From positions 10,197 through 74,196 of the IMG/VR virus record IMGVR_UViG_2974801466_000001: a DNA stretch of 64,000 nt. The stretch is one strand, 5' to 3'. The notes beneath the pieces are model-generated. The model searched no databases, was not told where the DNA came from, and worked only from the letters and a program-made list of their open reading frames with translations. Of this stretch, positions 38,388-46,442 are shown in pieces; position 1 is the first letter of the stretch; each line of letters starts with the position of its first letter. The stretch is from Haloferacalesvirus Serpecor1. Lineage: Duplodnaviria; Heunggongvirae; Uroviricota; Caudoviricetes; Thumleimavirales; Hafunaviridae. A program made the position numbers and the translations under genes.

Positions 38388-39622
38388 TGAGGTACGTATT
38401 CTTCGTCGTAGATTCGGCAGGATTCGTCCGAGCGGTCATTCATTCCGACACAGAACTCGCCGCCTGCGTCCCATACGTTCTGACAAACGAACGGGCCTTC
38501 GTAGCGAGAGATGAGGTCTTCAACCAGAGAGCGCGTCGTGGACTCGTTATACCCCTCGATGGGGCGAAAGAAGTTCACGATAACTTCGATTGGAACCTTC
38601 TTCTGAATCAGCTCCTTCATCACGTTAATCTCCATCACGCGGCTCTCAGAACCGTAGGAGTAGGAGTCGTCACGCTTGATGAACTCCATGATACAGGGCT
38701 TGTTAGCGACGAGAAGCGGAATGTCGCTGACCTTGATTCGGTCGTTCGATTCTTCCCGGTATTTCTTCACGGCTTTCGGGTCTTTGACCGACCCACGGCG
38801 CTCGCTGTACGTGCCTTCGCCACCGCTGGCGTTCCGCACTTCGAGGGCCACTTCCCGGCGTCCCGCCGCTGAAGGCGACCGTGCCTTGTGGGGAACGGGC
38901 CGGGGGCCGCTGGTAAGTTCGAGATAGTCGTCCGGGGTGAGGTCTACCAGTTCCTCGATTCCAACCGGGACACACCAACTCGTTTCCTCCCGGTGTTCAG
39001 CGCCGGGGTGGGGCGTGTTGGGATGCCGGACGAGTCGGGCGAGGTCGCTTGAGTCAACGTCAACCCACGGGTCGATGTTGATTCCACCAGCGATTTCGTC
39101 CAACTGCTCTATCATCTGGTTGCCGTACTTTTCGAGTCCACGCTTGAACTGAGTGTACGACCCGTTGGCTACGTCCACTTCCTCGAAGTCGAAGAATAGG
39201 TGGATTCCTTTGTGACCGGAGAGGGACGCTCGCCAATGCTGTTCTTTGCCGCCTTCGAGGATTGCCTCAGCGACCAACTGAACGCGAATCAGGAGGTCAC
39301 TCATCGAGCGTTTCCACGCATCGAGGGTTCGGTTCCGTTCGCGGTACTCGGAGTCAGCGGGAACGTCGAAGTCAATGAAGATAGTGTCTATCTTCGGGAT
39401 GTTGTCCCCGTCGTCCGTGTGACCCCGAGGGAAGGAGTAGGTGGATACGAACCCGTCCTTTCCTGCGCGACCGGCCTCAAGAAGACTGCTTACCAACTCT
39501 ACTCGATTGTTCGCCGGTTCCTGTATCCTAAACCGGGTGCTTACCCGACGTGGAGCGTCCGGCCCCACGTCGGGACACCACACTTTCGATGCTTCCCATA
39601 GAAGCTTCTCGTGATTTCCCAT
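38384..39622 (-). CDS. Archaeo-eukaryotic primase (AEP / PriS-like) superfamily protein, 412 aa
   Basis: Motif I IFIDFDVP, motif II SGHKGIHLFFDF, acidic motif III region. Confidence 0.65.
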   Translation of the reverse strand: MGNHEKLLWEASKVWCPDVGPDAPRRVSTRFRIQEPANNRVELVSSLLEAGRAGKDGFVSTYSFPRGHTDDGDNIPKIDTIFIDFDVPADSEYRERNRTLDAWKRSMSDLLIRVQLVAEAILEGGKEQHWRASLSGHKGIHLFFDFEEVDVANGSYTQFKRGLEKYGNQMIEQLDEIAGGINIDPWVDVDSSDLARLVRHPNTPHPGAEHREETSWCVPVGIEELVDLTPDDYLELTSGPRPVPHKARSPSAAGRREVALEVRNASGGEGTYSERRGSVKDPKAVKKYREESNDRIKVSDIPLLVANKPCIMEFIKRDDSYSYGSESRVMEINVMKELIQKKVPIEVIVNFFRPIEGYNESTTRSLVEDLISRYEGPFVCQNVWDAGGEFCVGMNDRSDESCRIYDEEYVPQ

Positions 39623-39637
39623 GTGTTTGAGTGGTCA

Positions 39638-39751
39638 TTAGGTACACCTCTCGGTGAAGCTCGTACAGCCCGCACTCTGACAGCCCGGACAGTATTCTGC
39701 TACGCCGCCGGTACTGGTTTCACAGCACCGGCACGTCCAGCGACCGTTCAT
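39638..39751 (-). CDS. 37-aa Cys-rich zinc-ribbon peptide (MNGRWTCRCCETSTGGVAEYCPGCQSAGCTSFTERCT)
   Basis: ATG overlaps the TGA stop of the upstream 498-aa gene (ATGA). Eight Cys residues. Confidence 0.35.
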   Translation of the reverse strand: MNGRWTCRCCETSTGGVAEYCPGCQSAGCTSFTERCT

Positions 39752-41244
39752 CCGAGCGTGCCACCAGCGAAGGCTTGCTCCGCGCCAGCATCGTCGGTGT
39801 CGTCGGCGTCGTCGGACTCATCGGCGTCGTCGCCTCCGCCGTAGAGGTCTTGGGAGAACACGTCTTCCTCCTGCTCGGTCGCTTCTTCGACCTTTTCTTC
39901 GAGGATGTTGTATTTCGTGATGTTCAGCTTCTCCCCGGTGAAGGGGTGGGTCACGAACAGGCCGTCGCCTTCGCAGTACCGCTCGATGTATTCCTCCGCA
40001 ATGTCGTCGGGGAGGGCCTTTCGAGCGGTTTCCTTCGTGTCCTCCACGATTTCCTCCCAATTGAGGCTCACGTCACGCTTCGCCTGAGCCGCGAACTCGG
40101 ATGCCTTCCACATCACGGGGTTCTCGTTCTGGTCTTTGCGAACGTAGCCCTTCGTGAGCATATTGTTCAGCGCGGAGTGAACGTCCCGGTTCGTGATGTT
40201 GAAGCCACGGTCGCGCATCTCCATCTGAATCTCGGCCTTCGAGTACCCGCTGTTGGATTCTCGAAGCATCGACAGCATCTCGAAGTCAATCTCGCGGAGA
40301 TTGAGCGCCGAGAGAATCATCTGCTCACCGAAGATTCGCATGGCGTACCACACGTCGGCGGGCGTGATTAGGAGAGTCGCCGTCTCCTTCCGGTCAGGAA
40401 GGGCGGGAGTCATGCGGTCTTTGTAGTGGAACAGAGCCACAGACCGGCAGAAGTCCAGCAGGCGCGGGAAGTCCTGTCGGGCCTCGGTGAAGTGCTGAGG
40501 GAGCGGGTTCTGGTTGTTCAGCGCAACCGACACCGGGTTCAGCGTTCCACCGTTCGGGCCGTCGTCGGACGAGAACATCTTGACGGGGATGCCGGAGACG
40601 TACCGGCGAATCTCGTCGCGCTCATCCTCGGTGAAGTTATACTCGACGAGGCCAGCTTCCTGCCGGGCCTGCCGCTCGTTCACCTCCTTGGTCAGCTCCT
40701 CGCTGGCGTCGATGGAGACGACGAGAGCGCGGTTCCGAAGTTCGGGGTAGTCGTTGAGGTCAACCTGCTGGTTGTCCGAAGCGACGAACAGCACGAAGGC
40801 GTCCGGCGGCTTCAGCTCGAACGACTCGGTTTGACCGCTCGTACCGAGAGCGCGAGAGTGGGTAGCCGACTTGCCCTCTCCGTGTCGCTTCATAATCTCC
40901 TCCAAGTGCTGTTTGTCTTGAAGGGTCGCAATGTCCGGGTAACGGTGGACACGGGCCGAGTTCATCTGGTCTTCTTTCATGTAGAGGTCGGTCTTACTGG
41001 TCGAGTCGGGAACCTTGAACACGAAGTCCCCCATCGTACAGTAGTCAGCCGCATCCACCACCATGTCCTTGCCACCTCGTGAGAGGCCGGTCATAGCGAC
41101 GAACCCTCCGTTGAACCACGAGAGGAACACGGTCTGAAGGGTGTCTTCTTCCCCCATCAGCCCGAAATCCTCTTTCATCAGCGTCAGGTCGTACAGGTTC
41201 GGAATGTAGGTTTCTTCCATCTGGTTGAGAACGGGTATGTGCAT
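39748..41244 (-). CDS. P-loop-like NTPase with C-terminal winged-helix and poly-acidic tail, 498 aa (candidate replication initiator or helicase loader)
   Basis: Deviant Walker A TGLSRGGKD, hhhhD stretches (FVLFVASDN, LVVSIDASEE), wH-like EIQMEMRDRGFNITNRDVHSALNNMLTKGYVRK. Positioned upstream of the primase. Confidence 0.45.
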   Translation of the reverse strand: MHIPVLNQMEETYIPNLYDLTLMKEDFGLMGEEDTLQTVFLSWFNGGFVAMTGLSRGGKDMVVDAADYCTMGDFVFKVPDSTSKTDLYMKEDQMNSARVHRYPDIATLQDKQHLEEIMKRHGEGKSATHSRALGTSGQTESFELKPPDAFVLFVASDNQQVDLNDYPELRNRALVVSIDASEELTKEVNERQARQEAGLVEYNFTEDERDEIRRYVSGIPVKMFSSDDGPNGGTLNPVSVALNNQNPLPQHFTEARQDFPRLLDFCRSVALFHYKDRMTPALPDRKETATLLITPADVWYAMRIFGEQMILSALNLREIDFEMLSMLRESNSGYSKAEIQMEMRDRGFNITNRDVHSALNNMLTKGYVRKDQNENPVMWKASEFAAQAKRDVSLNWEEIVEDTKETARKALPDDIAEEYIERYCEGDGLFVTHPFTGEKLNITKYNILEEKVEEATEQEEDVFSQDLYGGGDDADESDDADDTDDAGAEQAFAGGTLG

Positions 41245-41321
41245 TGCGAGCGTAATTTCAGGAACCTATTTCATGGCCTAAGCTCGGGACTATACTACTT
41301 CATCGAGCGGGAGAACAGAGC

Positions 41322-41567
41322 CTACTCGTCCTTTCGGACGTGCTTCTCCCACCGCTCCATGATGCTCCTCTCCGTCGCTTCCCACGCAAGGTCTTCCAGA
41401 GCCTCGATGACTTCCTCCGGGTCGTCAACAGGCTCGCCGTCCTCGTGGGGAATCTCGGCGGTTAGGAACGTGTGGGCCGTCGCAGGTTCGTACTGCCCGA
41501 GTTGTTTCTTCTTGTCCGTACCGACCTGTACCTCCGTCACGTACTGCTTGGCGTCGTCCTTGTCCAT
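41322..41567 (-). CDS. Hypothetical small protein, 81 aa
   Basis: ORF. Confidence 0.35.
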   Translation of the reverse strand: MDKDDAKQYVTEVQVGTDKKKQLGQYEPATAHTFLTAEIPHEDGEPVDDPEEVIEALEDLAWEATERSIMERWEKHVRKDE

Positions 41568-41598
41568 CTTTAAGAGTTAGGGGTGCGTCTCCGAGTCT

Positions 41599-42552
41599 TT
41601 ACATCCGGTTCTCGATTTCCGCAACCACCGCATCGAGGTCGTAGTCGGCGTCACCGACTTCGCCGTTCACGAGCTGTTCGACGTTCTCCGGGTTCGTCTC
41701 GCCCGTGTTCGCCATGAAGTCGATAATCTGGTCGGCGGCCTGCGGGACACCCTCGGGAAGCCCCTCGTCGTCGGAGCCGTCGCCGCCGAGCGAACCACCG
41801 GAGTCACCGGAGGACTCGTCGGCGTCGTCGCTGTCACCGCCGCCGTTGTTGGCGATGGTGATACCGGCCAGCGTCTCGGCGTCGAGAACCTTCGCGTCCG
41901 TGTATTCCACGTAGTCGTCTTCGCTCTCCGCGTCGTCCGGCAGGAAGCCGTCCTTGTAGTAGGAGAGAATCACGCGGCGGCCTTCGAGGTCGTCTCGAAG
42001 TTCGAGAGCATCCTCGTTCAGCCAGTTGTAGTTGTCGTCCTTGTCGTCAACCACGTCGTGACCGGCGGGCGTGATGACCTTGGCGAAGGTGCGGTTCTTC
42101 GTCCCGTTGCTGAGCCACAGCGTACAGTTGCCGAGGCTCACCGGGTCGTCGCCCTCCTTCACCGCCTCGGAGAGTTTGTACGTGAAGTCGTTGCTACCGA
42201 ACTGCTCGTTGTGCCGGGAAGGAACGTCGTCGGCGTCCACATCCTCCGCAAGTGCGCCGTTGTCGTCGGTGGCGAACCAAGTGTCCCACCCGAAGACCTT
42301 GACCGTATCATCGTCCGGGTCGCCGGGCGACCGCTCCATCACGATTCCGTCGATTACCTCCACGTCGTCGGCGTCCACGATGAGGGACTGCCCGTAGGAC
42401 GACCCGGTGTATTCACCGAGACGACCAATCGTGAACGAGATGAAGGCGTAGTTGTTCATCTTGAGCGACAGGCGCTCCTCGAAGTCGCCGCCCGCGCCGC
42501 TGTTGCTGTTGTTGCTACCGCCGCTGTTGTAGTCGGTGTCGAAAAGGCTCAT
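41599..42552 (-). CDS. Hypothetical acidic protein with Gly/Ser/Asp-rich termini (SSB-like acidic tail?), 317 aa
   Basis: First gene of the leftward replication operon. C-terminal GGGDSDDADESSGDSGGSLGGDGSDDEG. Confidence 0.4.
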   Translation of the reverse strand: MSLFDTDYNSGGSNNSNSGAGGDFEERLSLKMNNYAFISFTIGRLGEYTGSSYGQSLIVDADDVEVIDGIVMERSPGDPDDDTVKVFGWDTWFATDDNGALAEDVDADDVPSRHNEQFGSNDFTYKLSEAVKEGDDPVSLGNCTLWLSNGTKNRTFAKVITPAGHDVVDDKDDNYNWLNEDALELRDDLEGRRVILSYYKDGFLPDDAESEDDYVEYTDAKVLDAETLAGITIANNGGGDSDDADESSGDSGGSLGGDGSDDEGLPEGVPQAADQIIDFMANTGETNPENVEQLVNGEVGDADYDLDAVVAEIENRM

Positions 42553-42783
42553 TTGTTGTAGTTGGGTTTCTCTGGTTCTGGTTATCGGTCGGTACGAAGC
42601 CAGCTACGGCATAGGTATTTGCGCCGTAGAAAGTCTGGACGGGCGGAATCGAACCGCCCTTGGGAGGTTTACAGCCTCCGCGTTCGCCTTGAACACGTCC
42701 AGAAATGGCCTATGATTGGGGGTGTCCACACCGCGTGAACGGGAGTGGCTACAAAGGTACGGCCAGCACCTCGCGTAGCCAAG

Positions 42784-42856
42784 CGCCGAGGACAGGACTC
42801 GAACCTGTGACTACGTGGTTAACAGCCACGCGCTCTACCAACTGAGCTACCTCGGC
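42784..42856 (-). tRNA. tRNA-Asn (anticodon GTT)
   Basis: The reverse complement folds canonically: acceptor gccgagg/cctcggc, D arm gctc-agttggta-gagc, anticodon arm cgtgg-ctGTTaa-ccacg, T arm acagg-ttcgagt-cctgt, discriminator g. Confidence 0.9.
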
Positions 42857-42883
42857 AAGAGAAAGGAAGGATTGGGTGCTTGT

Positions 42884-42934
42884 CCCCACTCTATTAGATG
42901 TGGGACTAAGACTTAAAGATACCTATATGAGTCT
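42884..42934 (-). promoter_or_regulatory. Promoter cassette copy 5 (leftward), drives tRNA-Asn
   Basis: cCCCACTCTATTAGATGtgggactaaGACTTAAAGATACCtatatGAGTCTTA. Confidence 0.55.
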
Positions 42935-43019
42935 TAGAAGTCGTCGGGAGGGATACCCCGCTCGATGAAGTTAGTAGCAAGTGGAGAACCACGACCGGGA
43001 GAGATAGACGTAGGAGACA

Positions 43020-43229
43020 TTACTTATCGAGACGGTTAACCCACGTAGAGAGATTCTTCACGGAGAGGCCGTCAGACCGAATATCGTCAGCGAGAGAGTT
43101 GAGAGAATCGAGTAGAGCAGAATCGTTGAGAGAGACGGGATATTCGATAGAGATGATGTCCACCTCGTCTCCGTCACCGAACGGTTCAAGAGTCACTTCG
43201 AGGTCGCCGGAGGTCTGAGTGTAGCTCAC
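43020..43229 (-). CDS. Hypothetical small acidic protein, 69 aa
   Basis: ORF. Confidence 0.35.
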   Translation of the reverse strand: MSYTQTSGDLEVTLEPFGDGDEVDIISIEYPVSLNDSALLDSLNSLADDIRSDGLSVKNLSTWVNRLDK

Positions 43230-43676
43230 TTACTCCTCCGAGAGCGCGTCGAAGTTCGGAACGACCGTGCCGTTCACGCGGTTGCCGGGAACGCTCATCC
43301 CGGTCAGCTCGAACACGTCGGCCACCTTCTCGATACCGAACGCATCGAGTAGGTCGAAGAACTCGGCGGAAGCGTCCTCGATACCATCGGGGAGGTCGAA
43401 CTCCAAGTCAGCCGGGTCGGGGCCGTTCTCCGTGTACGTGGGAATGACCACGTACAGGTCTTCGGTCAGCTCACCCCGGTCGATGAGTCTCGGCTCACCG
43501 AACTGAATCTGAACCTCGAAGCCGGAGTCCGTGCGTTCCGTGATTGCGTTGAAGACCGCCTCCGCCCCGCCGAGGTCGAGGTAGTCGTATTCGTTGTCGT
43601 TACTGCCGAACAGTAGGTTTCGGATGAATCCAAACATAGTTCTCTCTGGTTTCCAGCAGATAACCGTCGCTGGCAC
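43230..43676 (-). CDS. Hypothetical acidic protein, 148 aa
   Basis: ORF coupled to the downstream gene. Confidence 0.4.
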   Translation of the reverse strand: MPATVICWKPERTMFGFIRNLLFGSNDNEYDYLDLGGAEAVFNAITERTDSGFEVQIQFGEPRLIDRGELTEDLYVVIPTYTENGPDPADLEFDLPDGIEDASAEFFDLLDAFGIEKVADVFELTGMSVPGNRVNGTVVPNFDALSEE

Positions 43677-43718
43677 GGCTTAGGTAGCGTAGTACCGAAT
43701 CCCCAATGACTAAGGGGA

Positions 43719-43799
43719 AGCGACCGGCGGGAATCGAACCTCGCCTTGACCCTACCCACGCCCGTCGAGGGGCATGGTCATAGGGCCACCATTGGTCGC
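43719..43799 (-). ncRNA. tRNA-like element (acceptor 6 bp, D-like arm, irregular anticodon arm with 6-nt loop, T-like arm with 8-nt loop GTTCGATT and an A-C mismatch)
   Basis: Reverse complement gcgacc..tggt-ggccctatg-acca..ggcgag-gttcgatt-cccgcc-ggtcgc. Does not satisfy canonical tRNA rules. Confidence 0.3.
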
Positions 43800-43818
43800 A
43801 AAACGCAGAACGAGTGTG

Positions 43819-43953
43819 CTACTCGTTCTTCATTTCGTACATCGTCTCCTCGTGTTCCAACTCAGCCTTTCGTCGGAAGTATCCGAACGCGGCCACCGTG
43901 ATAACCGCCACGAGGAACAGCCACAGAATAATCAAGAAGACGACTTTGAACAT
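43819..43953 (-). CDS. 44-aa single-pass membrane peptide (MFKVVFLIILWLFLVAVITVAAFGYFRRKAELEHEETMYEMKNE), partner of the SPFH protein
   Basis: ATG is 1 nt after the SPFH gene stop. Below the ORF-table cutoff. Confidence 0.35.
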   Translation of the reverse strand: MFKVVFLIILWLFLVAVITVAAFGYFRRKAELEHEETMYEMKNE

Positions 43954-43954
43954 C

Positions 43955-44830
43955 CTACTCGCCTTCTTCGTCAGTCTCCGTCACGAGCGAGGGGGTTTCG
44001 TCACTCGGGAGGTAGATGGTCTTACCATCCGAGTTCTTGATTGCCTCGATGTAGCGAATCTGGATGAGTTCCGGGTTGTTACGAACGGACTGAGCGACAA
44101 TCTCGTTCGACTTCGCCTCACCACGAGCCTTCTCGATTTGGGCACGGGCTTCCTGCTTCGCCACTTCAACCTCGGCCTCAGCCTTCAGCTCTCTCTGTTG
44201 GGCGACCTCCTTCTCCGTAATTGAACGCTCGTAAGACTCGGGGAAGTTCACCTTCGTAATCTGAACGGAGTCCAGAACGAGGCCGGTCTGAGCGAACTTC
44301 TCCTCAAGCTGGCTCCGAGCATCCATCGTGATTTCCGTCTGACCGGCGGAGGTGTAGACCTCGCTCGTCTTCATGCTACCCGTCGTAACGAGCATCTGCT
44401 TGGCGAGCGTCGTCCGAATCATCCGCTTCTCGGCGTTCTCAAGAGTGCGGTAGTCGGTGTAGAAGTCAGTCACCGCCTCCGGGTCGTTCGGAAGCTGGTA
44501 GCGAACGGTCACGTCGAACGTCGCCTCCACACCATCGGCGGTCTTCACCACGATGGGGTCAGCGTATTCTTTCGCTCCCTCTCCGGGGTTCGAGGTCATG
44601 GTGTACGCCTGCTGGCGAGTAGAGAGCGTCACAACGTCGTTCTGGACAGGAGTAATCCAGTTCGCACCGGGCTGAAGAACCTCACCGCTTGCGTCACCCC
44701 ACTCGGTGACGACGCCGACGTTTCCTTCATCAACGGGATTCCATGCCATCGCACCGAGCGAACCGGCGGTGAGAAGCATGAAAGCCATAACAACTCCGAC
44801 AGCTTTCAGTTTGAATGTAGTTAGTTCCAT
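43955..44830 (-). CDS. SPFH / band-7 (stomatin-prohibitin-flotillin-HflK/C) family membrane protein, 291 aa
   Basis: N-terminal TM anchor, then the SPFH core (GNVGVVTEWG...VTLSTRQQ...ADGVEATFDVTVRYQL), then a C-terminal coiled coil (QQRELKAEAEVEVAKQEARAQIEKARGEA). Confidence 0.8.
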   Translation of the reverse strand: MELTTFKLKAVGVVMAFMLLTAGSLGAMAWNPVDEGNVGVVTEWGDASGEVLQPGANWITPVQNDVVTLSTRQQAYTMTSNPGEGAKEYADPIVVKTADGVEATFDVTVRYQLPNDPEAVTDFYTDYRTLENAEKRMIRTTLAKQMLVTTGSMKTSEVYTSAGQTEITMDARSQLEEKFAQTGLVLDSVQITKVNFPESYERSITEKEVAQQRELKAEAEVEVAKQEARAQIEKARGEAKSNEIVAQSVRNNPELIQIRYIEAIKNSDGKTIYLPSDETPSLVTETDEEGE

Positions 44831-44874
44831 TTAGTAGATTTCTCTGGTCTGTTTAATAGAGCGGTACACCGCAT

Positions 44875-44943
44875 CGAGTTGGGAGGAATCGAACCTACCC
44901 ACTACGCTAACCAGCAACTCGGAAAAGCCACCGTAGAGGTGGC
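44875..44943 (-). ncRNA. tRNA-like minihelix (7-bp acceptor-like stem cgagttg/caactcg enclosing a T-arm-like hairpin gtagg-ttcgatt-cctcc) plus adjacent 6-bp hairpin gccacc-gtaga-ggtggc
   Basis: Lacks D and anticodon arms. Located in the leader between promoter cassette 6 and the SPFH gene. Confidence 0.3.
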
Positions 44944-45009
44944 TGGACACCAACGAGTAACAATGGCAGGACTCAGCCAAGCAAACGAGTCAAGGGGGCC
45001 ACCGCGACC

Positions 45010-45063
45010 TCCTCACTCTATTAGACGCGATACTATGACTTAAAGATACCGCTTTGAGTCTTT
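45010..45063 (-). promoter_or_regulatory. Promoter cassette copy 6 (leftward), drives the tRNA-like/SPFH operon
   Basis: cCTCACTCTATTAGACGcgatactatGACTTAAAGATACCgcttTGAGTCTTT. Confidence 0.55.
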
Positions 45064-45119
45064 ACTCCGTGCTACTCAGATAGCAAAGACTTAAGCGAAG
45101 CAACTCCGTCTTTGTAGCT

Positions 45120-45671
45120 ATGGCGAAGACGAAACATAAGAATCAGGAAAAGGTCGTCAAGTGCCCCGTTGAGGGTTGCGACCACGAGGGGTTATCCCGA
45201 GGGATGCACCTTCACGTTCGTCAGTCCAGCGGCAACGGACACGGGCCGAACGGGGATGTACCCGAACACTTAGACTTTAGTAATCTGGAAGTTGTGGGTA
45301 CACGGGAAGTTGAAATGGATTACCCGTCTGAACGCAAAGGCGAGGACGTTGCCCGTCTCTGTCCCTTCTGCCGACGCCCATTCAGCGGGTATCAGGGAGT
45401 TATGATTCACCTCGGTCAGATTCAGGGGAAGGAGAACCACCCTGAGGATGCTACCGATATGGTGGAGAAGGGTGACTGTCCGGTTGCTCACGTCGATGAG
45501 AACCGCAACGTTGTAGAAGTGATTGAGGAAGGCGACCCCGACCTCATGCCGTCCACGGAAGACCGTCGTGAAGGCTCTGTGCCGCGAGCCGACGTGATTG
45601 CCTACATCGAGTGGGCTGAATCCAACGACCACCTCACGGCGGCCAACAAAGCCCGAGAGATGCTACTCTAA
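45120..45671 (+). CDS. Zinc-finger protein, 183 aa
   Basis: KCPVEGCDHEG and CPFCRRPFSG Cys/His pairs. Confidence 0.45.
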   Translation: MAKTKHKNQEKVVKCPVEGCDHEGLSRGMHLHVRQSSGNGHGPNGDVPEHLDFSNLEVVGTREVEMDYPSERKGEDVARLCPFCRRPFSGYQGVMIHLGQIQGKENHPEDATDMVEKGDCPVAHVDENRNVVEVIEEGDPDLMPSTEDRREGSVPRADVIAYIEWAESNDHLTAANKAREMLL

Positions 45672-46189
45672 ATCTCGATTTCGTCACGCCACTTTTCCGA
45701 GAAGAACTCGGGTTCGTACTTCCACTTATTTATCGACGGGTCGTTACGGTACAGTTCGTTTGTGAGCTTCACCATCTCGTAGAACCCCTGTTTCGTCAGG
45801 TAGTCCTTCTCCCGATACGCCGGGAGGATTTCTCCCATGAAGATGGACGCCAGCTCACTCTGCTGAATCAGGTACGGAGCCAGCGGCCCGTAGAATCGCT
45901 CAATTGATTCAGCGTCCGAGATTTTGAACAGCATCGTCGTTCCGCTATCCTTGATTTCCCACCGGACTCCCTGCTCGGAACAGTATTCCTCGAATAGCCC
46001 GAACACGGCGGTCTGTGGGTCGCTACGACTGATTTGAACGTATGGTTCTATCTTGTATCCGGTCTTGAAGTCATCATCCTCGCTGATTTCCACTCGGAAC
46101 CGACCGAGTGAATCGACTACTCCGGCGATGTACGCTACGTCGTCCTCTTTCATACCACCCAGTTTCGGGGTGGCCTGTGATAATGTCAT
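45668..46189 (-). CDS. LAGLIDADG-type homing endonuclease-like protein (single motif, I-CreI-sized), 173 aa
   Basis: N-terminal DVAYIAGVVDSLGRF matches the LAGLIDADG core pattern. Free-standing between two inverted promoter cassettes. Confidence 0.4.
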   Translation of the reverse strand: MTLSQATPKLGGMKEDDVAYIAGVVDSLGRFRVEISEDDDFKTGYKIEPYVQISRSDPQTAVFGLFEEYCSEQGVRWEIKDSGTTMLFKISDAESIERFYGPLAPYLIQQSELASIFMGEILPAYREKDYLTKQGFYEMVKLTNELYRNDPSINKWKYEPEFFSEKWRDEIEI

Positions 46190-46205
46190 TCATTGTTCTG
46201 CTGTC

Positions 46206-46262
46206 AAAGACTTAGAATCGGTATCTTTAAGTCCTTAGTTGCCGTCTATTAGAGTGAGGAGT
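46206..46262 (+). promoter_or_regulatory. Promoter cassette copy 7 (rightward), drives 46443..47383
   Basis: AAAGACTTAgaatcggtatcTTTAAGtccttagttgCCGTCTATTAGAGTGAGGAG. Confidence 0.55.
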
Positions 46263-46442
46263 TCTTCCGGCTCTACTACACAGTATAGTACCTACTACTC
46301 TACTCTAACTACTCTGATAACACCCTGTTAGCTAAAGAGACTCGATGTAGTAAACTACTCTTAGTAATACACTTAGTAGTTATACTCTTAGTTATACTGT
46401 TAGGTCAGTTATCGGGGAACTCTACCTCTGAGATGATTCTAA

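Noticed and set aside
39748-41244. Calling the 498-aa P-loop protein a large terminase subunit
   Set aside because: The Walker A-like SRGGKD and the size fit TerL superficially. The C-terminal winged helix, the acidic tail and the position inside the primase/replication operon argue against it, and no RNase H-like nuclease motifs were seen.
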